DNA of 64,000 nucleotides from Callorhinchus milii (lineage: Eukaryota), in contig NW_024704743.1 in NCBI RefSeq assembly GCF_018977255.1, positions 2,792,001 through 2,856,000 of the forward strand, in the 5' to 3' direction. How positions within the stretch are numbered: position 1 is the stretch's first letter; each line of letters starts with the position of its first letter. Under the pieces are notes generated by a model that did not search any database, was not told the origin of the DNA, and saw only the letters and a list, made by a program, of their open reading frames with translations. This document shows, in pieces, positions 41,019 to 52,944 of this stretch. Made by a program: the position numbers and the translations under genes.

Positions 41019-41232
41019 ATAATACTAATCTTGGCATTTGGTATAGCGCCTCACCACATTGTTGAGATGCCTCAAAGCACTTCACAGATTATACTGTAAA
41101 GTGGAGTGACTGTGTATTTTGTGGACAAAACTCAGCAGACATTTCACTTTACAGTATATTCTGCGAAGCTATTTGAGGCATCTCAACAACGTTATGAGAC
41201 ACTATACCAAATGCAAGGATTATTATTATTAT
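41019..41232. repeat. Palindrome formed by two inverted SINE 3' tails
   Basis: Arms ~41019-41105 and ~41142-41232 are reverse complements. Confidence 0.92.
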
Positions 41233-41504
41233 TATCTGTCTTCAAAAGCTGCCTAAAAACAAACATCACAGAATGTGCTACAAATCTACCAAAATCAAAC
41301 TTTTCATTCACTTCATATAAATATAGTCAATATATCTCACAGTAAAACACCATAAAGTCCTTGGAGACATCTCAACAAGGAGTTACATATAATGTAAAGA
41401 TTATCATTACAGTTACCTCCCTTCTCACCCCCCACCCCCCGGCTAGTTTCCATCATCATCTCTGAGACTTTACTGTACATGAAAAACACTGTATTAATGC
41501 AAGT

Positions 41505-42105
41505 ATTAAGGCCGCTGAAACTCTTGTTCATGCCTTCATCCCCCCCAGGCTCGACTATGCAAACGTCCTGCTTGTTGGCCTTCCCAACTCCTCCCTCCAC
41601 AGGCCGCAGATAATCCAGAACTCTGCAGCCCGGGTCCTCTCCCGCACCAAACTCCATGACCCCATCTCCCACACTCTCGCCCGACTCCATTCGCTCCCTA
41701 TCCTTCAGAGGATCCAATTCAAAATCCTGGTCCTCAATTACAAAGCCCTTCAAGGCCTCACCCCACCCTATCTCTGTAATCTCCTAACCCTCGACCAACC
41801 CGCCCGCTCCCTCCGCTCAGCAGGCTCCGGCATGTCCCCTGACCCACCCGCCCCACTATCGGTGGGAGAGCCTTCAGCCACTCTGCCCCCAACCTCTGGA
41901 ACTCCATCCCCAATCACTCCGCCTCGTGCCCTCCTTAGCCTCCTTCAAGTCCCGCCTCAAAAATCTCCTCTTCGACTATGCGCTCGCCTCCCCTCCCTTC
42001 TCCCGCCCTGACCCCAGCTCAGGTCCAAAATGCTGTTACTGTCCAGCGCCTTGGGACGTCCTCCCGACGTGAAAGGTGCTACACAAATGTAATCTTGTTG
42101 TTGGG
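41505..42105 (+). mobile_element. L2 LINE 3' fragment
   Basis: AAETLVHAF..RLDYAN..LQIIQNSAAR-type coding remnant and 3' stem-loop tail with (GTT)n. Confidence 0.92.
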
Positions 42106-43149
42106 GAGCAATGTAGATATAAGTACATGTCAAATGCTTAACACTCATTATGTTCTTGTTCTTTATGGCACATCTGTGCAGAACCCCTGATAGGAAAGAA
42201 AAAGTCAACAAGGTTGTTATGGCAACTGAAGCAGATAATAATCTAAACATCCCACCCGGTGGGTAAACGTTTAATGATCAGGAAATGTATGTCTCTGTGC
42301 AGAACCAGCTCCAAGGCTGCGTCATCAGCCAAATCCGGTTTAAAATCTCCTGTTTCATAACAAGGTCGCTCTCCTGTCAGATGAGAAATGGTTAAACTTG
42401 ATGACTTCCTGGTTAATGTAAAGAGCGAAAAGCAAGGCATCATCACAGTCCCTGCACTAAACAAAGCAAATGCAAACCAACACTAAACTAAACAACAGGC
42501 TTCACTGAAATATCCTTTGCCTCCTGCAAGTCTCTTCCCCTCCATCGGCTGCTGTGCTTTCAGCCACTGCATCCTGAATCCCTCATCGCTCTGCCTCACT
42601 TGCTCCTCGCCCCTCAATCCCTCTGCCTCACTCCCTCCTTACCCCTCAATCCCTCTGCCTCACTCCCTCCTTACTCCTCAATCCCTCCGTCTCACTCGCT
42701 CCTCACTCGGCTTCAAATCACAGCTGAAGACCCTCCTCTCTCACTGTCTATGGTCACCTTGTCACTCTCTCTCTGGCTTGGGTCAAGATTTGCCACTGTT
42801 AAGTGCTCTGAGCTGTTACTCCACATGAAGCTGCATTTACATAGCAGTTAGTATCGCAGAGCACCTAAATAAGGCACTATATCAAATGTAAAGATAATGA
42901 AAAAATTCAAAGCACTTTATTGAGATTAATTTGAAATGAACATTACAGACTCAAAGTGGCAGCTGATTTGTACGAGTGACATCCCACGTATAGTGAAATG
43001 AATAGCCAATCAGTTTAGCATTTGTGAATTTTGACTGAAGTTGACTATAAACCAAAATATGCTGAAATATGTGTAACAAATTAAGGTATTAATGAAAATG
43101 ATCATAAGATGTGAATTGCATAGAATTATATTGCACAGAAACAAGAGAT

Positions 43150-43453
43150 TTTCCAGGCAGGGCGAAACCTTAGTCAAGTTTCTTTGCTCCACATGCTTCT
43201 GGTTACCAAGCAGTAAGTAGGAACCTACTGTTAATTGATTGGGGTATTGCTTTCTGGGGGTAAAAAAATCCCTTGAAAACCGTTGGTCACTCAACCCGCC
43301 ACTGTGTGGACATTGGGTCACTGTTGTGCATAATTGGTGGCCGAGTTTCCCTCACATAACACACAATCAATTCATTTTACAATATATTCTGTGAAGCGCT
43401 TTGAGACGTCTGAACATGATAAGGCGCTATATCAAATGCAAAGATTATTATTA
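43150..43453 (+). mobile_element. tRNA-derived SINE, decayed
   Basis: Body and tail match the family. Confidence 0.8.
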
Positions 43454-45127
43454 TTTGTCCCAACTCGTTTATTCTCCACGCAAGCCTCCACCCTTTCTAT
43501 TCTCCTCTATTCCCTTCTCCCTCATGTACGCATCAATTTTCTGTATAATTTCACTAAACGGGTAAACATGCACCCCCTCACAGAAAGAGCTTTTTTTCAA
43601 AAAATAGTGACTTTTTTGATGCTTTCAATTGTTTCCAAGGAACAGCTTTCATTGAGGCTTTTAATAAGTTTCTCAATATTACATTAAAAAATATATATTT
43701 GTCAGCCCTGAAAGTCTGACACATATTCAAACCAAGTACCATGTTTAAGAGTCTTCAAACCAAATGACTTTAGAGTTCCCCAATTTACTTGTGTCTGAAA
43801 TAGAATACACTTGTTGTCCCTGGAGGTTTATCTAATCCCAGTACCTGTGGGAGAGAATTGTCGAGCGCAAAGGCTTGTGGACCCATGTCTGCATTCGAAG
43901 TTTCCTGGAGTTTAACCAGACAACTACAAAGCTTGCCATTGTCACACTGGCTGCTTCTCTGGCTAGGACCACCTTACCATGAAAAACATAGAAGTTTATA
44001 TTGCCTTTCAATCCATCGTGTCCACCCAGGACTCTGGTTTCCAGGATTAACAGGGCAAATGAGAAACTATGAAACATGTCACAGGGTAAAAGTAATGATT
44101 TTCTGATGTCTTACCAGATGTCCTCTAAATAGAAGCAGATCAGGGAGGGAACGTAAACAAATACAGTGAAGTACAGTTCCTAAGAGATTCTGTACTTATT
44201 ACGTTTTTGTAATATACACCGTTTATCATGAGAGAGAATTGGCCCATCTGATCTCATCTCTCAGAATACCCATTCGCCCTACCACCACATCACACCATCC
44301 ACATTGTTTTTAATAGAGTCTCACATTCTGGCCTCAATCATCCTTCCTGCTAATGTGTTTCAATTGCTAATTCCCCTTGGGCTCAAGAGAAACTTCTGTT
44401 CTTCTGGCCTGAAATTGCTTTTGCAACTGTCACTCACCCTGTGTCCTTTTGTTGTGTTGCCTCAGTGCATCTGAAGGTATTGCTACTGCTTACTTTCTCA
44501 ATCTCATTTAAAATCGTGCTTACCTCTATAAAGTGCCCTCTGAGATGTCTCCTTGCAAGACTGAAGAGCCCCAGCTTGTCTAATCACTGTTTAGAGCTCA
44601 TTCTCTGACACTCATTGTGTTCAGACCATTCTCATTGCTCTCTCTAACCTGCCTCTAGGCCTGGGACCCACATCATGTCCCCGTGCCCAGACCTGGGTTA
44701 GTTCTCCAGGCCTCCAGGTACAGTGTCTGGGATTTGAACTCAAAATACAGCTAACTATATATTGTGGGTCTGTATTGACTATATAATGTGGGTCTGTATT
44801 GACTATATATTGTGGGTCCGATCATGCCCATAATCACCTTCCAGAGGGGAGAGGGGGGGTGTCTCTGGATAATAATCAACAGTTTGAGGTCTGGCTGACC
44901 TTGTGTCTACCCAAGGCCACAATGACTGAGCCAGTGCAGCTATCTATTGCTGATATCACCAGAGAGTTCAAACTATTAACTGCTTATACAGCTGAAGCTG
45001 AACAAGCAGGCAATGCCTTTCCCAATAACAGTATCATTGAAGTTGGAACCCACAAACCTGCATTTAATATTTTAGTATAATAGCAATAATTCTTGCATTT
45101 TGATCTAGCTTCTATAACAACAAAACT

Positions 45128-45453
45128 GTGGAGTCCTGTAGCTCAGTGGTTAGAGCACTCGCTTTGCAAGCGAGAGACCTGAGTTCAATTCCAGGCAGAG
45201 GGCGAAACCTTGGACAAGTTTCCTTACTCCACACAGAGCCTAATAATAATCCCTCCAAAACCAAAAACAATAATAAATTGGTCATTTTCAATCTACGACT
45301 ATTTGTGGGACATTGCTGTGCGCAATTGGCTGCCGCGTTCGCCCACAAATATACAGTCAACTCACTTTACAGTGTGTTCTGTGAAGTGCTTTGGTACGTC
45401 CTCCCGACGTGAAAAGCGCTATATCAAATGCAAGAATTATTATTATTATTATT
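45128..45453 (+). mobile_element. tRNA(Ala)-derived SINE, short subfamily, full length
   Basis: TAGCTCAGTGGTTAGAGC D-arm, CTCGC-TTTGCAA-GCGAG anticodon arm (TGC), GAGTTCAATTCC B box, L2-type tail, (ATT)n. Confidence 0.93.
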
Positions 45454-46697
45454 AAAACATCCTAATGCACTTTCACAAGTAATTGCTATCAACTGAAGTG
45501 ACTGTGTAAGGAGTAAGGGAAAGTGACTATAGGCGTAGACAAAGAGTCTTCAGGTGGGATCTGAAGTGTGAAGGCATTTCATATCCCACCTGCTAGGTAA
45601 ACAGAGGCATATGGAGTAAAGAAATTTGCCCTGCGTAGGAATTGAACCCAGGTTCTCTCGCTTGCGAGATGAGTGCTCTAACCGATATGCTACAGGACTC
45701 CACGCCCCGGGTTATTCCCATCACATTCTGGTGGAGTAATAAACAAGGCCAAGAGGATCCTGGGCTGTATTGCTAAATACAGTTTAGATCCTCAGACATC
45801 ACCTCCTGTACCCCTGGTCACCATGTTCAGGCTCCAGGGATCTGCTAATGACCATATCCAGTCCTTTCCTCACGCTCTCAGTCTTTATTTACTGATTGTC
45901 TCTTCTCCCAATATTCTGATTGTTCTGAAGCACATTCCAGATGCTTTCACTTTTTCCTTTCAGCCCAAAGCGACCAGCACACGATAGTCGATTAAAGTGC
46001 TTGTTCGGACACAAAATATCCTTCTAATGGACTGAGGCCTTTCCTCATGATGTCACACATGATGTCATATAATAATCTTTGCACTTGACACAGGATTTTA
46101 CTGCAAAGTTTAGTGTCTGCGTATTTTGTAGGTGAATGCAACAGATGATTTGCGCACAGCAATGTCCCATAAAACAGCGATGAAGTGAGCAATCAATTTT
46201 ATTTGAGAAGTTGTCGATAAAAATGTAATTTGTTGTCGCTTAGGACACCAGAATGGGAGAACTCCAATCTATTTTTGAATAGAGCCATTGGAATCTTAAC
46301 GTCCACCTGAACAGGCAATTCAGACTTGGTTTAACATCTCACTCCAACATTGCAGCAATCCTCAGCCCACAACCGTCAGACCAACTGAGCCACTGTAAAG
46401 TGCCGTCCATGATTGTGTTGTGTTTGCAGGCGAGAGAAGCAACCAATTTGCATAGCGATGAAGCAGAACAACTTGTTTATTTTGCTTCCAAGCAGAATTT
46501 CCTCCTCAGGGACCAATCCACCAAAACATTATGTAAACATATGTGTGTGTGTGTGTGTATGCGTACATGCATGTGCGGGTGTTGGTACATGTGAGTGCAT
46601 GTGCGCATGTGTGTACGTGTGTGTGTCCCACACACCTGAGTAAATAGACTTCCAGATGTGATCACAGTCAAACCAATTGGGGAGGACAAGTTTTGCA

Positions 46698-47175
46698 GGG
46701 CTACGGGAAGAGCGGGGGCCAGTGGGGTTGATCAGGGCTATGGGGAGAGAGCGGGGGTAGTGGGGTTGATCTGGGCTATGGGGAGAGCGCGGGGGAGTGG
46801 GGTTGGTCAGGGCTATGGGGAGAGAGTGGGGGAGTGGGGTTGATTGGGGCTATGGGGAGAGAGCGGGGGAGTGGGGTTGATCAGGGCAATGGGGAGAGAG
46901 CGGGGGAGTGGGGTTGATCTGGGCTATGGGGAGAGAGTGGGGGAGTGGGTTGATCAGGGCTATGGGGAGAGTGCGGGGGAGTGGGGTTGATTGGGGCTAT
47001 GGGGAGACAGTGGGGGAGTGGGGTTGATCAGGGCTATGGGGAGAGTGCGGGGGAGTGGGGTTGATTGGGGCGATGGGGAGAGTGTGGGGGAGTGGGGTCG
47101 ATTGGGGCTATGGGGAGACAGCGGGGGAGTGGGGTTGATTAGGGCTATGGGGACAGAGCAGGGGAGTGGGGTTGA
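46698..47175. repeat. 37-bp G-rich minisatellite (GGGAGTGGGGTTGATCAGGGCTATGGGGAGAGAGCGG) in a CR1-type 3' end
   Basis: About 13 copies, followed by the CR1 terminal sequence GATGGGCTGAATGGCCTCCTTCTGTGCTG. Confidence 0.93.
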
Positions 47176-48004
47176 ATTGGAAGCTCTTTTCAAAGAGCCG
47201 GTAAGACACGATGGGCTGAATGGCCTCCTTCTGTGCTGTATAATATTATCATTCTATGATTCTAGGAATTCAAATTTCACTTGTTTGAAGCTAACAACAA
47301 ATCACACCTTCGTATCACTGCACTCGGCAGATCCTGGAGCTTGGGAGGAATAAAATCACGATTATTACCTTTGAAGATCACTTGAACAAAACGGCTAAAT
47401 TGCTAAAACACAACCAATCCGGCCACTCGCTCTGCTCAGCGAGCTCCAGCTTGCTTCACGTCCCCCGCCTCGCCTGCACGCCCCTCCATTCCCACTCTGC
47501 TGCCACCCTTTGGAACTCCATGCTTTACCAACGCGTCATGCCCCCGCCCCACCATTCCCTGCCCCCCCACCCCATCATGCTCAGATACAGTGGGAGTTTA
47601 GCGACTTAAGTGGTAGTGATAAGTTAAGTCAGGGTCGGGTTATCAGGAGTATGTCATACTTATATAAAGTGTAATATATTTGTAATATAACATGCCCATT
47701 CTTTTGGTGTGTGCGATGGGTGTGTTGAGTTATAATGCAGAAACACTGGATGAATAATTCACAACTTGACTTTAAAATAAACCTCACCTAAAGATGCAAT
47801 AAACATCAGCTGTTTGTTCAGAACGAAGCTTCATACTGAATTTTTAATCGTGATACTCAAAGTATTAATATAAAATAGTTATATGCTTTGTCTGCATGGC
47901 TTATAGTTTAAATTATTTATAGACAATAATTGAAAATGTCTGATCATCTACCATTGTCTCAAACCGCAGATGGCTGAAACCCTCATACATGCATTCATAA
48001 TATC

Positions 48005-48700
48005 CTGAAGGAGGCGAGAGAGGGGGCGAGGGAGGGGGCGAGGCGGAGTGACTGCGGGATGGGGTTCCAGAGGGTGGGGGTAGAGCGGGCGCAAGACCCG
48101 CCCAGCAATAGTGGGCCGGCGAGACAGGGGACGTGAAGTAGGCCAGAGCCCTCTGAGTGGAGGGAGCGGGCAGGACCGTAGGGGGTTAGGAAGTGGCAGA
48201 GGTCGGGGAAAGCGAGATCATGGAGGACTTTGAAGGTGAGTACCAGGATCTTGAACTGTATCCTCTGTGTGATGGGAGTCGGGTGATGATGGGGCTGATA
48301 GGGTCACAGAGCTTGGTGCTAGGGAGGACACAGATGACCTCCCCAACTCCTCCCTCCACGGGCTGCAGAATTCTGGATGATCTGCAGCCTGTGGAGGGAG
48401 GAGTTGGGGAGGTCGACAAGCAAGGATTTTGCATAGTCAAGCCTGTATGTTATGAATGCGTGTATGAGGATTTCGGCAGCCTGCGGAATGAGACAGTGTC
48501 GGAGCCGGGAGATGTTGCACAGGTGGGGGAAGGCAGAGCGGGTCATGGTACAGATGTGGTGTAGAAAGGGCAGTTGAGGGTCAAACAATATGCCAAGGTT
48601 CTGGACTGGCTTAGTAAGTTGGAGTGTGCATCCATGGATGGCGTTGCTGTCAGCTCCTGAGGTGTGGAAGTGCTGATAGGAGTCAATCAGGAGATTGACC
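48005..48700 (-). mobile_element. L2 LINE fragment
   Basis: ORF 48319..48588 FDPQLPFL...HAFITYRLDYAKSLL...LQIIQNSAAR. Confidence 0.9.
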
Positions 48701-49919
48701 TTGGTCTCATTGAGTAAACTAAAAGTGAAATAGGCATTTCGCCCTCAAAATATATTCAGACACTCCGCTTTACTGTATATCCTGTGAAGCACTTTGAGAC
48801 ATCTCAACAATGTTATAAGCTACTATATCAAATGCAAGGAGTATTATTATTATTAAATGTCCAATTTATCCTGGAGGATTTTTGGTCAGAACACACAGGA
48901 GAAACTCCATTGTCTTTTCAAATAGCTTTCTGGAATCTTTTGATGTCGACCTGATCAGGGAGATGGGATCTCACTTTATCTCAACCAAAGCCAGAACCTC
49001 AGATAATGTAAAGAAAGGACAATGGGCTGGAGCTCAGAGGTCAGGGCACTACCAACTGACAAGCCCAAAACTAATAACAACCACTTGCTTTAATATTGTG
49101 TCCTTCACACAGAATAAAGCCTTTGCGATCTTTACAGTGACGCTTAATATACAAAAGAGATATGGCAGAGATTTTGTGCAAATACTGATCACAGAAATAT
49201 CAAGTGCACTCAAGACACCCGAACTTACTGAGCTGGAAGCAGGAACATTTGGCAAAGAAAGTGATAGCCAGATGGTCTGCATGTTTTAAGGACCTAAAAA
49301 AAAATCCTCAAAAGCCAGCACAAGTGGCTTAGCCAACAGCAGCTCCGAAACTCAATGCGTATCAGCTGCAAGAAATGAAGTTTTCTGACCAAAAACACAC
49401 GGGTTGGAGGGCACAAGGTGGGGGGGTGTTGGGGGAGAGGCCAAGAATGCTAAAGCAGGGGCCACAGGACCAAAGACAGAGAAAGGATTCACTGCAGTAA
49501 CAATAACTTGCATTTATACAGATAAAAAAATGGTCACTCACTCCACGGCTATTTGTAGATTGCCATAAAATACGGAGTCACGCTACTTCATAGTATGTCC
49601 TGTGAAGCTCTCTAAGACGTACGTCCGACATGAAAGGCCCTATACCAAATATACGGATTATTCTTATTAATTTTTATTATTATTCCTCTTTTTCAAGCAT
49701 TACATGTCAATATAAAAAACATACAACAAATTTAAGGTTTCTTAATATTATTTATTTTTCTCCAGCCAGCAGGAGAAGTCACTTACAGACCCAGCTTCAA
49801 GATCCTGAATTAAAGCCTTGTCACAAACTGAAACGATCATCTTCAGCTGTGCCATCATAGTCGGCAATACAGCCACGTCCTTCCTCAGTCTGTAGCAGAG
49901 TACAGTCAGCCTGGTTCAC

Positions 49920-50215
49920 TTGGTCCCTCCCTACCTCTCCGACCTGCTTATTCCCTAACGCACAACCCGATGCCTCCACTCGACCGGCTCCAGCCACTTG
50001 CATGTCCCTCGTGCCCTCCGTTACACCATTGGTGGCCGCACTTTCAGCCACCTTGAAATGGCCACACCACTCTCCCTCTATCCCTCTCCCTTTATCCCCT
50101 CCTTCCCCATCTTCAAGTCGCGCCTGAAGACATTCCTCTTTGACTGTGCCTACGGTCACCTCCCCAGGCTCGGCGCCATGCTCCGCCACTGTCAAGCGCT
50201 CTGGGATGCTGCCTC
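49920..50215 (+). mobile_element. L2 LINE 3' fragment
   Basis: GGRTFS...FKSRLKTFLF C-terminal motif. Confidence 0.85.
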
Positions 50216-50719
50216 TAGCCTGACTTTACTGTGAAATGTAAAGGCTGTGTTTACAGTCACTTTCAATTTATAGTATATCCTGTGAGGCGGTTTGAGACAT
50301 CCTCATGACATGAAAGGTATTGTACCAAATGCAAGGATTCTGATTATAATAATATATAATTATATTATTATAATATTATATATTATAGTATAATTATATT
50401 ATATTTATGTATTTGAGACGTCTCAAAGCATTTCACAGAATATACTGTAAAGTGAATTGGCTGTATTTTATACTCGATTATTAATAAAAGTTTGAATGAT
50501 GGGGAAAGAGAAATACTACAGGGTTTTGCCTGATTACCTGTGAGATGAGGTTCGGAGAATAACCTCTAGGAGAGAGTCAATGGATGAAGTGACTGATGTG
50601 ATGTTTGGGGTGATGTGATGTGATGTTTGGGTAGGTCTGTGGAAGGAAAGGGCTTGATGTGCTGGATATTATTATCTCAATCCATACTTCCTCATATTCT
50701 CATAGAATGTATCCAGCTA

Positions 50720-51298
50720 AATGATCTCTGGAGGCAGGGATTCTTCCCATCTGTTAACCCTGCGAGTCAAAGCCCTCACAGATAATGTGGTCCTCTGGCA
50801 CAATCTCTAATCCAGTTCCTGAGCCAAACTGTTCTCCAGAACAATGTTGATGCCATAGCTCAGCCGAGCTCATCAGCAGAATTTTGAAGGGCAAACCGGT
50901 CACCGGGGCAAGGAATCCTCCTACTCAGCTCCTGTTAACCCTGTAAGCCAAAGCCCTCATAGGTAGTGTGGCCCTAGCTGGACAAGCAGCAGGAAAGCTT
51001 GCCAGACAGTTCTTTCAGTGGTAAGCTATGCGGTTTTAGCTGGTTAGATTCCAACATTTATCCCAATGCATTCTCTGGAGTCCCCAAGCCTTGGGTCTTG
51101 CCAACATGTGCCTAACACTCGCTGGAATTTTGTAAACAAGATGCATCCCTCCAGGGAGAGTGTGCGCAATCCATTCCAAAAAATATCTCTGGAATTTCCA
51201 TGTGTTGGTGAGATGCATGTAAATCTCAGCTTGGTTTGGATTCTCTTAAGCATGGTGATAGGTTTCTGCATGTGTCTGACACTCGGCTGATCCCCAAA
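50720..51298 (+). repeat. Longest copy of the unclassified interspersed repeat
   Basis: Reverse-complement colinear with 30400-30725 and 62095-62550; has an internal ~45-bp direct repeat. Confidence 0.85.
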
Positions 51299-51894
51299 TA
51301 AGGTAAAATCCTGCTTTGCCTATGAAGTTACAGTTCTGTAATAATCCTTGCATTTGATAAAAGTGCTGCACTATGTCTGCGAGACGTTAATAGTCACTTA
51401 TTAGTGAATCCAAAGCGAGGGGGTATAATTGGAAGTCAGCTCAAAAGCAAAACGCACCAATGTACTGAAGAGGAAACTTGATGCATACATGAAGACGAAG
51501 AGAATCGAGAGGAATAGGTGAGGGGGTGGGGGCTATAAACACCAGCATGGACTAGTTGGGCTGAACGGCCTGTTTCTGTGCAGTATCACTCTGTAAATAG
51601 TCTGTACAATGGCCTGTGGTTGTTCTCTGTATCATTGCACATTTATGCAAAATTCAACTATTCAACCTTTACTTATGATTTTGATTTTGATTTTATTATC
51701 CAGAAAAATAAAGCAGGATCAATTTGGCTCTTAACTCATTCACAAATCATAAATGAGTAACCAGTGTTTAATTTGATATAAGATTAAAATATATACGGAC
51801 ATCAATGTTTGCTTTGTATTGTGCTAATTTACCCTCTTTCAATACATTTTTATCCTTAATATTTTATAATCTTTACATATTACTAAATATAGTG

Positions 51895-52555
51895 AGGTCA
51901 GCCTGGCTCTGTTGGTAACTCTCGCATCTCTAAGTCAAAAAGGTTCAACACTGGGAGTTCACACCTCACACTGGGAGTTCAAATCACATTCCAGTCCAGT
52001 CCTGGGGGAGGCGCTGCACTGTCGGAGGTGCCATCCTTTGGATGAGATGTTGAACCTAGATCCGTCTGCTTGTTTAGGTGGACACCTTACAGGGCACCGG
52101 CCAAACACCCAACCGGCCAACACCTCACTGGACAACACCTCACCAAGCAACACCTCACTGGCCCACACCTCACCGTCCAACACCTCACCGACCAACACCT
52201 CCTCGGCCAACACCTCACCGGCCAATACCTCACTGGCCAACACTTCACTGGCCAAGACCTCACCGGCCAACACCTCACTGGCCAACACCTCACTGGCCAA
52301 CACCTCACCGACCAACACCACATCGGCCAACACCACATCGGCCAACACCTCACCGGCCAACACCTCGCCGACCAACACCTCACCAACCAACAACTCACCG
52401 GCCAACACCTCACCAACCAACACCTCACCGGCCAACACTTCACCGGCCAACACTTCACCGGCCAACACCTCACTGGTAAAAATTGATCATTCACTTATAG
52501 GCTGTTTGTGGGTCATGTAATGTGTGCAAACCGGCTACCACATTCACAACAAATA
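51895..52555 (+). mobile_element. Deu-domain SINE with an internal 15-bp minisatellite
   Basis: tRNA-like head (TGGCTCTGTTGGTA...GGTTCAA), Deu block GGATGAGATGTTGAACC...GTCTGC...AGGTGGAC, then the array, then the SINE body resumes. Confidence 0.8.
52107..52476. repeat. 15-bp minisatellite (CCAACACCTCACCGG), ~25 copies
   Basis: Directly visible; produces the NTSPA/QHLTG/PTPHR pseudo-ORFs. Confidence 0.97.
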
Positions 52556-52944
52556 ATAGTGTCTGCATTTCTGAGTTTGCTGAGCAGAGGAACAAGCAGC
52601 AGATATACCAGACAAGGAGGAAAAACACACTTGGTCCTCTCAGTACTTTGGTTTGGAGACTCAGGCACAGTTATAGGTTATCCCATGTGTCAAACTCCAG
52701 GCTGACCAAACTAAAATTGCTTTGCTGCTGCTGCTGCAAGAGGTGTCCAGCCTTTAATATTATCAAGTCTAAGATTTTAACATCTAATACAGTAGTTTGC
52801 AAACCTTAGAACAGCAGTTATACCGAACATTGTGATTCGTTTACAATTAAATTGTATTATTTACCTTCTGTCCCGACAATGTCATTGTAAATTATAAAAT
52901 GTGCCTAATCCATCTTTCAATGGACGACTGCACATATACTCACA

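Noticed and set aside
45128..45205. tRNA-Ala(TGC)-like cloverleaf
   Set aside because: The acceptor stem does not pair and the sequence runs into a SINE body present in many copies; it is a SINE head, not a tRNA gene.
50845..50885. Hammerhead ribozyme-like CTGATGAG followed by a hairpin (minus strand; also ~62455)
   Set aside because: The required GAAA after stem II is absent in both copies.
51912..52520. 202-aa mucin-like ORF (NTSPA repeats)
   Set aside because: Product of a 15-bp minisatellite inside a SINE; open in most frames; no splice or homology support.
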